Source of the DNA: Enoplolaimus lenunculus
Taxonomy: Eukaryota
Assembly: GCA_030248215.1 (NCBI GenBank)
Contig: JASANG010001128.1
Span: 372,001-430,396 of the forward strand
Reading direction: 5' to 3'
Length of the DNA: 58,396 bases
Notes under the pieces: generated by a model
The model's input: only the letters and a program-made list of their open reading frames with translations
What the model was told of the DNA's origin: nothing
Databases searched by the model: none
Made by a program: the position numbers and the translations under genes
In this document: one piece after another, positions 25,444 to 33,853 of the stretch
Layout of the letters: each line of letters opens with the position of its first letter
Position numbering within the stretch: position 1 is the stretch's first letter

Positions 25444-25914
25444 ATGAATAACCATTTTTCAAAAAGTGATCTTAACAATTTATGCGATGCAATAATGGCA
25501 CTTGTTAAAGAAAATTGCGCGGGGTGTCAAGAACAACGCTCGATGGAAGAATTTTGGGAGCATGGTGGTTTCACGGGGTGTCTGTATGCGTTTGATTTTC
25601 ACGCCGATGTCTATATAGATTGTGCTATTCAAACACTGTCTTTATCATACTCAGCGCGAGATCATGCAATTCGTGTCATTTCTGAGTACTCCTACGCCGT
25701 GTATCAGCATACACACCCGTTACCTGTGGCAGATAACTTAGAAGACCAAATGTTTCGGGAAATGAACTTCGAGCATTCTGTAGAAGTGATAGCAACACCA
25801 GAAGATTATCCTCGTATAGTGAAGAAACTTTTACAGTTACGCGGAAATAACTCAGATGACTACAAAAACTATTTATCAAAAACACTGAATGAGCTAATTT
25901 TGCTACGGCCCTAA
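25444..25914 (+). CDS. Polinton accessory protein with CxGC...H...GCL putative metal-binding motif
   Basis: ENCAGCQEQRSMEEFWEHGGFTGCL. Intact ORF followed by AATAAA. Confidence 0.65.
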   Translation: MNNHFSKSDLNNLCDAIMALVKENCAGCQEQRSMEEFWEHGGFTGCLYAFDFHADVYIDCAIQTLSLSYSARDHAIRVISEYSYAVYQHTHPLPVADNLEDQMFREMNFEHSVEVIATPEDYPRIVKKLLQLRGNNSDDYKNYLSKTLNELILLRP

Positions 25915-26061
25915 CTGTACAAACTTTGATTATGATATTTTATTACTTTGCAAATATGGTAATTATGTGCAGTAACAATGGAAACTGTAAAGCGTATTTT
26001 TGAATAAATAACCATTAAAAAGGTCTTCTATACTGCAATCAGCAAGTTTCTGATATAAAAC

Positions 26062-26415
26062 ATGGAGCGTGATAGGGTAATTGCAATACTTTTGGCAACA
26101 GTTTCTTTATTATTGTCCATCAGCAATATAGGATACTTGATTGAATATACCCAGAATTATGATAACAGTGTTGTGGAGATGGGTTATTGTCAGCAGTATT
26201 ATTTGGGGATAGAAACAAAAGTAACCATTTGTTCACCACATATTTTTATTCGAAAAAGTAATGAGAAATTTCAAATCTTGCCTATGGAGTTTAGAAGACT
26301 AAAGAAAGTTGCTTGTAAGGATCATCACACTTATACTGAGCAGTATTTAAACGCTACGGAGGGTAAAAGAGTAGTTCTAAAATCAAATGAAGTACGGGAT
26401 TTATGTAAGTTTTAA
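26062..26415 (+). CDS. Small protein with N-terminal signal/TM helix, possibly with a PC4-like beta domain
   Basis: Hydrophobic VIAILLATVSLLLSISNIGYLI. YLGIETKVTIC...IFIRK...ILPMEFRRL only loosely echoes PC4. Confidence 0.55.
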   Translation: MERDRVIAILLATVSLLLSISNIGYLIEYTQNYDNSVVEMGYCQQYYLGIETKVTICSPHIFIRKSNEKFQILPMEFRRLKKVACKDHHTYTEQYLNATEGKRVVLKSNEVRDLCKF

Positions 26416-26463
26416 AAGAGCTAAACTGTAATAGCATCACATTGTCTCAAAAACTAATTATTT

Positions 26464-27536
26464 ATGGAAAAGTTATACTTTGATCCCGCTAACCCTCTAG
26501 GACTAAGCTCTATTCAAAATTTATATAAAGCGGCTAAAGAGAATGGACTAGATGTCACACTAAACGATGTTAGACAGTTTTTATCGGGCGAGCCAGCTTA
26601 TACACTTGTCAAAAAACGTCCCAAGAAAAATTTCAAACGCGTAAGATACATAGTTTCAGACCTTTATGATATATTTCAAAGCGATTTGGCTGATATGCAA
26701 GCACTAGCTAAGTTTAATGATGGCTACAAGTATATTCTAGTGGTTATCAATTGCTTTTCTAAGTTTTGTTGGGGTGTTCCTTTGAAAACCAAGACCGGTG
26801 AAGAAATAGTTAAGGCTCTTAATGCAATTTTAGATCCATTATTACCAGAAAAACCTAGAAATTTCATAGTAGATAGAGCAAAAGAACATTACAGTAAACC
26901 GATCACTGAATTATTTAAATCAAGTGGTATCAAATTGCTTTACACCACTAATGACGAGTCTAAAACCGTTTTTGCAGAAAGAAAAATCCGTGACATAAAG
27001 CGTAAAATTTATATATACCTAAAAAACATAATACTTGGCGGTATATTGATGTTCTACCAGATATCATAAAATCACTTAATGCGCGCAAGGTACGCACCAC
27101 AGGATTTAGACCGATAGATGTTACTAGGCAAAACGAACATGTTGTACGTAAGAATTTATACCCCAGCACTTTCAGTCGGCATCCCAAAACGTATAAGTTC
27201 ACTGTAGGAGACAGAGTAAAACTATTGAAACGACCCTTTCCGTTCGCAAAATCATTTTATCCAAACTGGACAAAAGAAGAATTTTTAGTTGACCAACAAA
27301 TCCCATCTTCCCCACCAACTTATCGCATTAAGTCTATTACGGGGGAGAGTATACTTGGCATATTCTACGAACAAGAAATGCAAAAAGTTATACGAAAAGA
27401 AGAAATTTACCAAATTGAAAAAATTATTAAATGTCGCAAAACTAAAACAGGTGCAACAGAGTTTTTAGTTAAATGGAAAGGTTATCCCGCAGATCAATCC
27501 AGTTGGGTTAAGGAAAAAGACATAAACAAGCTTTAA
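26464..27536 (+). CDS. Retroviral-like (rve) integrase with C-terminal chromodomain; one -1 frameshift in the A-run at ~27021-27026
   Basis: LYFDP; FQSDLADM; YILVVINCFSKF; IVDRAKE; AERKIR. After adding one A: KHNTWRYIDVLP...FTVGDRV...FAKSFYPNWTKEEF...FYEQEMQKV...YQIEKII...FLVKWKGYP...SWV. Confidence 0.93.
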
Positions 27537-27550
27537 TCGTTGCTTATATT

Positions 27551-28081
27551 ATGCATTGGAAAGTAGTAAATACGACTATTTGTGGAACATTTGAGAAATG
27601 TATAAATTTGTATGATTTGGCTTTGCAGTTAAAATTGCAATATAATCCTCGTAAATTTAGTGGTATAGTTTGGCACCCAGAATTAGGCGGTTGTTGTTTG
27701 ATTTTTGGATCGGGAAAATTCACCATTGTTGGCCTTAATAATCCCTTAGTAGCAAAATCAATTGTTGGGGAAATCAAAAAGCTAATCGGTGATTGTTCTC
27801 ATACGTATTACATGAAAAATTACGTGGTTTCCTTAGATACTAATCATAATTTCAATCTTCACAAGCTATGCAGTGTGCTATTCGCAGAACGGTATAACGT
27901 GGTATTCGATCCTCACGATTTAATGCCTCCGCTAATGCTAAGATTAGATCGAGCAACAGTATTAATACACCACACCGGTAAAGTTATCGTTACGGGAATT
28001 AAAAAGTACAAACATATTGAACCGCTTATACACCGTATCAATACCATTATTGTACCACACCATGTATGTAGTAATCGATAG
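27551..28081 (+). CDS. Divergent TATA-binding protein (TBP)-like, two-repeat core only
   Basis: Repeat 1: VVNT, INL, YNPRKFSGIVW, CLIFGSGKFTIVG. Repeat 2: MKNYV, FNL, FDP, VLIHHTGKVIVTG. The 176-aa length matches the TBP core. Confidence 0.88.
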   Translation: MHWKVVNTTICGTFEKCINLYDLALQLKLQYNPRKFSGIVWHPELGGCCLIFGSGKFTIVGLNNPLVAKSIVGEIKKLIGDCSHTYYMKNYVVSLDTNHNFNLHKLCSVLFAERYNVVFDPHDLMPPLMLRLDRATVLIHHTGKVIVTGIKKYKHIEPLIHRINTIIVPHHVCSNR

Positions 28082-28385
28082 AGTTAATCCGGAATTTTCG
28101 TATATAGTTGCACATCTACCACAACCTCTAGATTCGTCAAAAGCAGAAATAGCAGTAGTTCAGTGTAGTTTACCCCAAAAAGTACGGTTTCTACAAACAG
28201 GTTGCATTGAACCTAGTATCTACAACGATGGAAGTATGCGTTTTTTACATTCCAATACAAAATTTAGTCCTATTCCGCTTTATCATAAGCTGAGATACAG
28301 TAAGCTCGACACTATACTAATAGATACAGGAGTAACATTGTCAGAAACAGATAAAGTCTTAGTTGTTCTTCATGTAAATTATTAA
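28062..28385 (+). CDS. Minor capsid protein (penton/PX), minimal 107-aa version
   Basis: LPQPLD...EIAVVQCSLP; CIEPSIYND...RFL; PLYHKL...LDTILI; terminal VLVVLHV. Positioned upstream of the MCP. Confidence 0.7.
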   Translation: MYVVIDRVNPEFSYIVAHLPQPLDSSKAEIAVVQCSLPQKVRFLQTGCIEPSIYNDGSMRFLHSNTKFSPIPLYHKLRYSKLDTILIDTGVTLSETDKVLVVLHVNY

Positions 28386-28419
28386 AAAGACTAAATAACT
28401 ATAGTGTAGTATATTTGAA

Positions 28420-28602
28420 ATGGATCAAGCTCTTATCCGGCTACTAGCAGGCAGCTCTAGGCATTCAGTTCCCCTAAAGTTAAGTAAAGTAAAGGGGCGC
28501 CGTAAAACTATTAAAAAGGCACGTAAAACCAACAAGAACAAAATAAGTAGGCAAAAAACTAGCAACAAGACAAAGAAAAGAAGGGTCAAGAAATTATATT
28601 AA
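28420..28602 (+). CDS. Small Lys/Arg-rich protein, putative virion DNA-condensing core protein
   Basis: 60 aa with a highly basic C-terminal two-thirds, located between the penton and MCP genes. Confidence 0.65.
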   Translation: MDQALIRLLAGSSRHSVPLKLSKVKGRRKTIKKARKTNKNKISRQKTSNKTKKRRVKKLY

Positions 28603-28604
28603 TC

Positions 28605-29960
28605 ATGTCTCTTCATCCTCAACCAAAATGCAGTGTTTCAGGATTAGATTTTACTAGCTTACCACCAATACAAGATGAAATTAACAGTGTCCAAGTTGTT
28701 GAAAGTGCTTGTTTTACGGGTTTACCATCAGATGATTACCTAACACCCTTAGAATTTAGGTTTGGTGGCTCTTCGGATTATATTGATGTTGACTCAATTA
28801 TGTTATATTTAAAAGTAGAAATAATAAAGAAAGACAACAGTTCTTCCCAAGAAAAACGAGATTCTCAACCAGCACCAGCACCAAGCAAATCAGCGAAAAA
28901 GAGGCCTAAAAGGCAAGCAGGATTAGGAAACGTGGACGGTCCAGTAAATCTTTTCCTATATTCTTTGTTTGATAGAGTTGAACTTAAAATTGCAGGCAAA
29001 TCAGTATCCCTTGAGCAGTCAAATTACCAGTACATAATGTATACCCTTTTTCACTTATACTTTCCGGCAACCGTACGAAAAACTCTTCTTCAACCAGCAA
29101 TTTATGAACCCGATCAACCGTATAGTTTTGACAGTGAACCAGACGCAGTTGCTCAAAGAACTTCAATGCTAGATACAAATAAAGGCGAAATATATGGCAG
29201 AGTTTTCACAGATTTTCTTAACACGGGGAGATTTTTACCGGGTATTGTACCCTTAAGTTTAATTTTTCATCGAGCTAAACCCAACTTTTGCATTATGGAA
29301 AATTCAAAGAAAACTTATAACGTTAAGATTAAAACGGCAAAGCTTTATACACCATATGTAACCTTAACTACCGCAAGCTTAACAAACTATCACAAAATTT
29401 TGTCCACGTCGGGTTTCAAATATCCGATAGTACGCCACAACATTAGCACCAAAGCGCTGGGAGTGGGAGATATGAATGTTTCATGGTCGTTTATTAGTAA
29501 TGGAAAGATACCAAGAAAGATAGTGTTAATGCAAGTAGGCGCATCAGCTTATAACGGACAAATTGACAAAAACCCGTATAATTTTGAAGATTTTGGGTTA
29601 CAAAGTTTGCAGGTGTTTGTTAACAAAAAGTCATTTCCAAGTAGTGTACCGCTAACTTTTGAACGATTTGGAGATATATACCGCACGTACCTAAATTTCT
29701 TTAAGGCTACAGATTACGTTAATTTAGATCCAGGCTTTGATGCATTTGGCTATGGGGCAGGTTACTTTATGATACCAATAAGTTTAACGAGAGATGGGTC
29801 AACAAATTGCGGCTACCACTCCAACCCAGAGCATGGAAACCTTGATATAGAGTTAGTTTACGCAAAACCATTAACAGAACCCATAATGTTACTACTTTTG
29901 TCAGAGTACGATAGTGTTTTAACTATAAAAGAAAATGGAGAGTTCAGTTGGCAGCAGTAA
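28605..29960 (+). CDS. Major capsid protein (double jelly-roll, Polinton PY/hexon)
   Basis: LDFTSLPPIQ; PLEFRFGGSSDYID; PVNLFLYSLF; RFLPGIV; IPRKIV; AYNGQIDKNPYNF; GNLDIELVYAKPL; SEYDSVLTI. Intact 451 aa. Confidence 0.92.
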   Translation: MSLHPQPKCSVSGLDFTSLPPIQDEINSVQVVESACFTGLPSDDYLTPLEFRFGGSSDYIDVDSIMLYLKVEIIKKDNSSSQEKRDSQPAPAPSKSAKKRPKRQAGLGNVDGPVNLFLYSLFDRVELKIAGKSVSLEQSNYQYIMYTLFHLYFPATVRKTLLQPAIYEPDQPYSFDSEPDAVAQRTSMLDTNKGEIYGRVFTDFLNTGRFLPGIVPLSLIFHRAKPNFCIMENSKKTYNVKIKTAKLYTPYVTLTTASLTNYHKILSTSGFKYPIVRHNISTKALGVGDMNVSWSFISNGKIPRKIVLMQVGASAYNGQIDKNPYNFEDFGLQSLQVFVNKKSFPSSVPLTFERFGDIYRTYLNFFKATDYVNLDPGFDAFGYGAGYFMIPISLTRDGSTNCGYHSNPEHGNLDIELVYAKPLTEPIMLLLLSEYDSVLTIKENGEFSWQQ

Positions 29961-30647
29961 CGTAGCTACCACTTTAGACACACCAATATTACTAGAGCAA
30001 CCGTATAATGTATTGTGACCGGCTCTACTCAGTCTGGTAAATCGTATTTTGTACGTAAACTATTGGAACATTGTGATTCAGTTCATACAACACCATTTAA
30101 ACGCATATATTATTGCTATGGCATGCCAGAGGAAGAGTTATTTATCGTAAGCGCTCCCACTCTTCAAATCATACCAAACTTTCCCGATTTTATTTTTGAA
30201 GAAACAGATATTCCAGTTCACACACTCATAATCCTAGACGATTTTATGGATAAATTAATAGGAGACAAAAGGTTAATCACCCTATTCACTAAAATGAGGC
30301 ATCGGTTAGTATCGGTAATTTTGATTGTTCAGAATTTATATTTTTGCCCGAAAGTTGGTCCATGTATCCGCAGAAACACTGATTATTACTTTCTTTTCCA
30401 AAATAGGGGAGACCAGGCAATGATATCTAACCTTAGCAGCAGAATGTTTCCAGGCAAAAAGAATTATTTACTTGGAGCACATAAAAAATCATTAAAAAGG
30501 CAATACGGTTACCTAATGGTTAATCTCAAACCTAATATTCCCCCGGAGTTTGTGCTTTCAGAAGGGATATTACCGTGTGAACAATATTATGTTTATCTTT
30601 CATTGTTTTTCGTTAATGAATTATGTATTTTCTATAATTTAAGATGA
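29935..30647 (+). CDS. A32/FtsK-HerA packaging ATPase; true ATG probably 29935, with a 1-nt deletion near 30008
   Basis: Walker A GSTQSGKS; Walker B LIILDDFM; LFTKMRH; ILIVQN; IRRNTDY; YGYLMVNL. Confidence 0.92.
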
Positions 30648-30997
30648 GTAGTGCGTTAAAAGAAAATTTATCTACTCTCCAGTACTTACAAACAGCACCA
30701 AAAGCGTATGTAAAACAAATTCTATCAAAACCTACAAATAGTTTGGTACAAGTATTATCAGAAATTTGTAGAAACCTCGAAGTAGGAAATATAAAACTTA
30801 GACCAGAACAAAAATTGTGGGTTAAAAAACAAATTCGAAAAATTTTCGCATTAGGATCTAAACGAACATCACTAGCTCGTAAAAAATTAATATTAAAAAG
30901 GGTAGGTCACGATATAGTTCCTAAACTTTTAACGTTAGCTAAGAAAACATTGAAATCTATATTTGACTATAAACATGGTGAAGGAAATATTTTATGA
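30644..30997 (+). CDS. Conserved small basic Polinton virion protein (E..xN...GN family)
   Basis: LVQVLSEICRNLEVGNIKL...K-rich region...amphipathic IVPKLLTLAKKTL. ATGA overlap with the ATPase stop codon. Confidence 0.7.
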   Translation: MSSALKENLSTLQYLQTAPKAYVKQILSKPTNSLVQVLSEICRNLEVGNIKLRPEQKLWVKKQIRKIFALGSKRTSLARKKLILKRVGHDIVPKLLTLAKKTLKSIFDYKHGEGNIL

Positions 30998-31464
30998 ATG
31001 CTGTATATAACATGTCTAGTGATCCTAAAAAATTCGCATTAGATGAAGAATCGTTATTTGAAAAGTTAAAAGCATCGCGCGCACAATCTTCGCAACAACA
31101 ACAACCAACATCAAGCAATAACTCAATCCAGATTGTAAACGGCGCTACAGCAACAACAACGTTACAAGATATTGTAGAAGTCTTACCTCGGCAACTTCGG
31201 AATAAAGCAAAAATTCTTGCACATTACCTTGAAGACTACGCTACCGTGAACAATAAGGAGCGCATTATTTACCCAGACGGCACAGTAGGATCACACTTTA
31301 TTGATTTAGCACGATATTTTACGTCTTCACCGATACTCAGAATTCCTCATCCACCGGATGCAACACGATTCGCTGAAGTCATTAAAAAAGCAGGCGTACC
31401 AGCAAGTGCAATCACGAGAAATGGATCAAAACAACACGGTCGAAAGCAACTATGGGAATTTTAA
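30994..31464 (+). CDS. Conserved Polinton protein of unknown function
   Basis: LPRQLRNKAKIL...GSHFIDL...F...AGVPASAI motif recurrent in Polintons. ATGA overlap with the previous gene. Confidence 0.7.
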   Translation: MNAVYNMSSDPKKFALDEESLFEKLKASRAQSSQQQQPTSSNNSIQIVNGATATTTLQDIVEVLPRQLRNKAKILAHYLEDYATVNNKERIIYPDGTVGSHFIDLARYFTSSPILRIPHPPDATRFAEVIKKAGVPASAITRNGSKQHGRKQLWEF

Positions 31465-31972
31465 TCCGATAGAACATAAACGAATCATTACTGGACTTGG
31501 TGGCAGCAAGCGTTTGTTATTTTTTACAGGATGGTCTCCACTATCAAACTTTCACGTTGCTAAATTCACAGTTAAAGGAATTGGCTATCACAGTGCAGAA
31601 CAGTACTATCAAGCAAAGAAGGCATATCATTTCGGTGACTACAACTTATACTATCGCATTCTACAGTGTTAGTCTCCATCTCGAGCAAAAGAACTCTCTC
31701 AGGAAATTGACGGCTATGATCCAGTAGAGTGGGAGAAACAACAGGACAATCTAATGCTAGAAACTTTACGCGCAAAATTTAACGGAAACGCGTTACTCAA
31801 ACGACAACTCACTGACACGGGTGACATAGAATTGCTAATCGCCACACAACACGACCAATATCTTGGCACAGGTCTACCGCCATATGATCCAAGCTATGAA
31901 ACAAAAGAGGAATTCCCCGGAAAAAATATGCTTGGAAAGTTGCTTATGATTGTTAGAAGCGAACTAAAATAA
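31421..31972 (+). pseudogene. NADAR (YbiA-like) family hydrolase with a single in-frame TAG at 31670-31672
   Basis: FF...PLSNF; SAEQYYQAKKA..FGD; P..AK; M....AKF; LTDTGD; D...GTG; PGKNMLGKLLMIVR. Both ORF pieces are in the same frame. Confidence 0.88.
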
Positions 31973-32175
31973 TTATTTTAATATCTTTTAAACATTGTGT
32001 TATATGGTTTCATTTGTTTTAGAATAAACGAAAAAAATTATCTGCGCTTCTATGTGAAGCAACCCCGTTTAACGCTACACCTTAAAACAATGAATTCTTT
32101 ATATTAATATTTCAGCTATATATTTATACTTTAAACTTAACATACTTATAATTTACGTGCAAACCAATATATACG

Positions 32176-32730
32176 ATGGCGAAACATATTCAAATAATTC
32201 AACTTCTCCAAGCTAATCACCAGCTCAACGTACACTCCATAGTTTACGCCCTACACCAACACATGTCCTTAGATACGGCGCAAGATTTGTGGTGTCCAGT
32301 GTTTGGTGACATGCAGAACAGGTTTTACAGTTGGCTTCTACAGCAGTCCGGTGATGTATTTCAAGATTTCGTAATAGCACTTTACACTGAAGGCCAGCTA
32401 ACGTTGTACCGAGTGTTCGTGGCAGCGTGTAAGCAATTTGATTATCACATTGAAGAACCTAAAGCTATATCTCGAGCTGATTATATTCAGAACTACTTAG
32501 TTAACGGACAATATTTATTTTGGAGTAAAGAATTTGAACGTGAGCAGAATGAGAGTGACTTGTGTGGATTGGGCGCACGGTTTTTTATCAAGGAATTATT
32601 GAAGAAAAAAGACAAAATACAACGATTACTTTGCATGCCAGGGTCTCTGTCTGAGCGTTTTAAAGCGATGGAAAAAGATTATGAAGCTATTGATATCGCA
32701 CTAGAAATACAGGACTATTTTGTTGTTTAG
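32176..32730 (+). CDS. Polinton accessory protein with N-terminal CARD/death-fold-like region
   Basis: LNVHSIVYALHQ...FYSWLLQQSGDVFQDFVIALYTEGQLTLYRVF resembles CARD helices 2 and 4-6. Intact ORF followed by AATAAA. Confidence 0.55.
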   Translation: MAKHIQIIQLLQANHQLNVHSIVYALHQHMSLDTAQDLWCPVFGDMQNRFYSWLLQQSGDVFQDFVIALYTEGQLTLYRVFVAACKQFDYHIEEPKAISRADYIQNYLVNGQYLFWSKEFEREQNESDLCGLGARFFIKELLKKKDKIQRLLCMPGSLSERFKAMEKDYEAIDIALEIQDYFVV

Positions 32731-32833
32731 ATTGATCTATTTTATGCCTTGTAATATAAAGAAAGAAATAAATTCATTGCGTATTTATTGTTGTCTGTGA
32801 TTTTCTCAGTTCAATATAGTCAAAGATATACTT

Positions 32834-33427
32834 CTTTTACCGTTCTTGAAAATTCCCACTAGTTCTCGAGTTATGGCCCAAAAACCTCAAAATTTCAATT
32901 TTCCCGATTTTTCAACCCTCCATATCTCACCCCCTAGGCCCCATAGCCAAAAAATAAAATATATAATTTCAAGAGTTGTAACACCCCACCACATTGCAAA
33001 AGACCCCATCCCGATATCTCTATTTAGTAAAAAGTTATTAACAATTAAAGAAAGTTGATTTTCACAGGTTTTCCCCCTAAAAATTATCGAAGGTTACATA
33101 GCTAATATCGAAAAAAATTTATTAGCTTATTTGATAGAGCAAAAAATTCTAGGGAATACGTCTTTTACCGTTCTTGAAAATTCCCACCAGTTCTCGAGTT
33201 ATGGCCCAAAAACCTCAAAATTTTCAATTTTCCCGATTTTTCAACCCTCCATATCTCACCCCCTAGGCCACATAGCCAAAGAATAAAATATGTAATTTCA
33301 AGAGTTATAACACCCCACTACATTGCAAAAAACCGTATCCCGATATCTATTTCCAGTAAAAAGTTATTAACAATTACAGAAAATTGATTTTAACAAGTTT
33401 TACCCCTAAAAATATCGAAAATTACAT
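32834..33427. repeat. ~328-bp tandem duplication, possible remnant of the Polinton subterminal/TIR repeats
   Basis: CTTTTACCGTTCTTGAAAATTCCCAC...TCTCGAGTTATGGCCC starts at 32834 and again at 33162. Confidence 0.7.
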
Positions 33428-33853
33428 CACGTTTCTCAGGGGACACTGTAGACCATGGTAGATTAGTTTATTTCTGTGATACAGCAACATCAACAAACAA
33501 AGTTGGTATGCACAATCAACAAGAAAACGAAATTTTTTATTTAATCGGAAATTAGCGCTTTAAAAGATATTATGTTCTTTGTGTGGAGCAATAATAAAGT
33601 TTTTGCAATATCGTTAGTTATGACTAGGTATTGAAACACTTAATATAAAGTGTGCTGTTAAAACTTAGTAATTCGCGCTTATGTACATGAAGCTGCCAGT
33701 GTTGTATATTTAGACAATTTTCTATATTGTGGAGGTTTTGGGTACTATTTCGAAAATACTAAGTCTTTTGGTTGAACTTAATTACCATTTTTGTTAGTTT
33801 CAGCGGACTTTTGTTCGTTATTAATATGCTTCAGTTTGCAATTAAATCATCAA

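Larger units (their letters stand above)
19851..33427. mobile_element. Endogenous Polinton/Maverick (adintovirus-like) element, left end lost
   Basis: Compact, gene-dense block with pPolB, rve integrase-chromodomain, penton, major capsid and packaging ATPase. The right boundary is approximate; no AG...CT terminus or TSD was found. Confidence 0.95.

Noticed and set aside
31670..31672. Programmed readthrough of the NADAR TAG
   Set aside because: No recognisable readthrough context; a point mutation or sequencing error is simpler.
32834..33480. Defined Polinton right TIR end with 6-bp TSD
   Set aside because: No AG...CT-type terminus was recognisable and there is no left TIR to compare.
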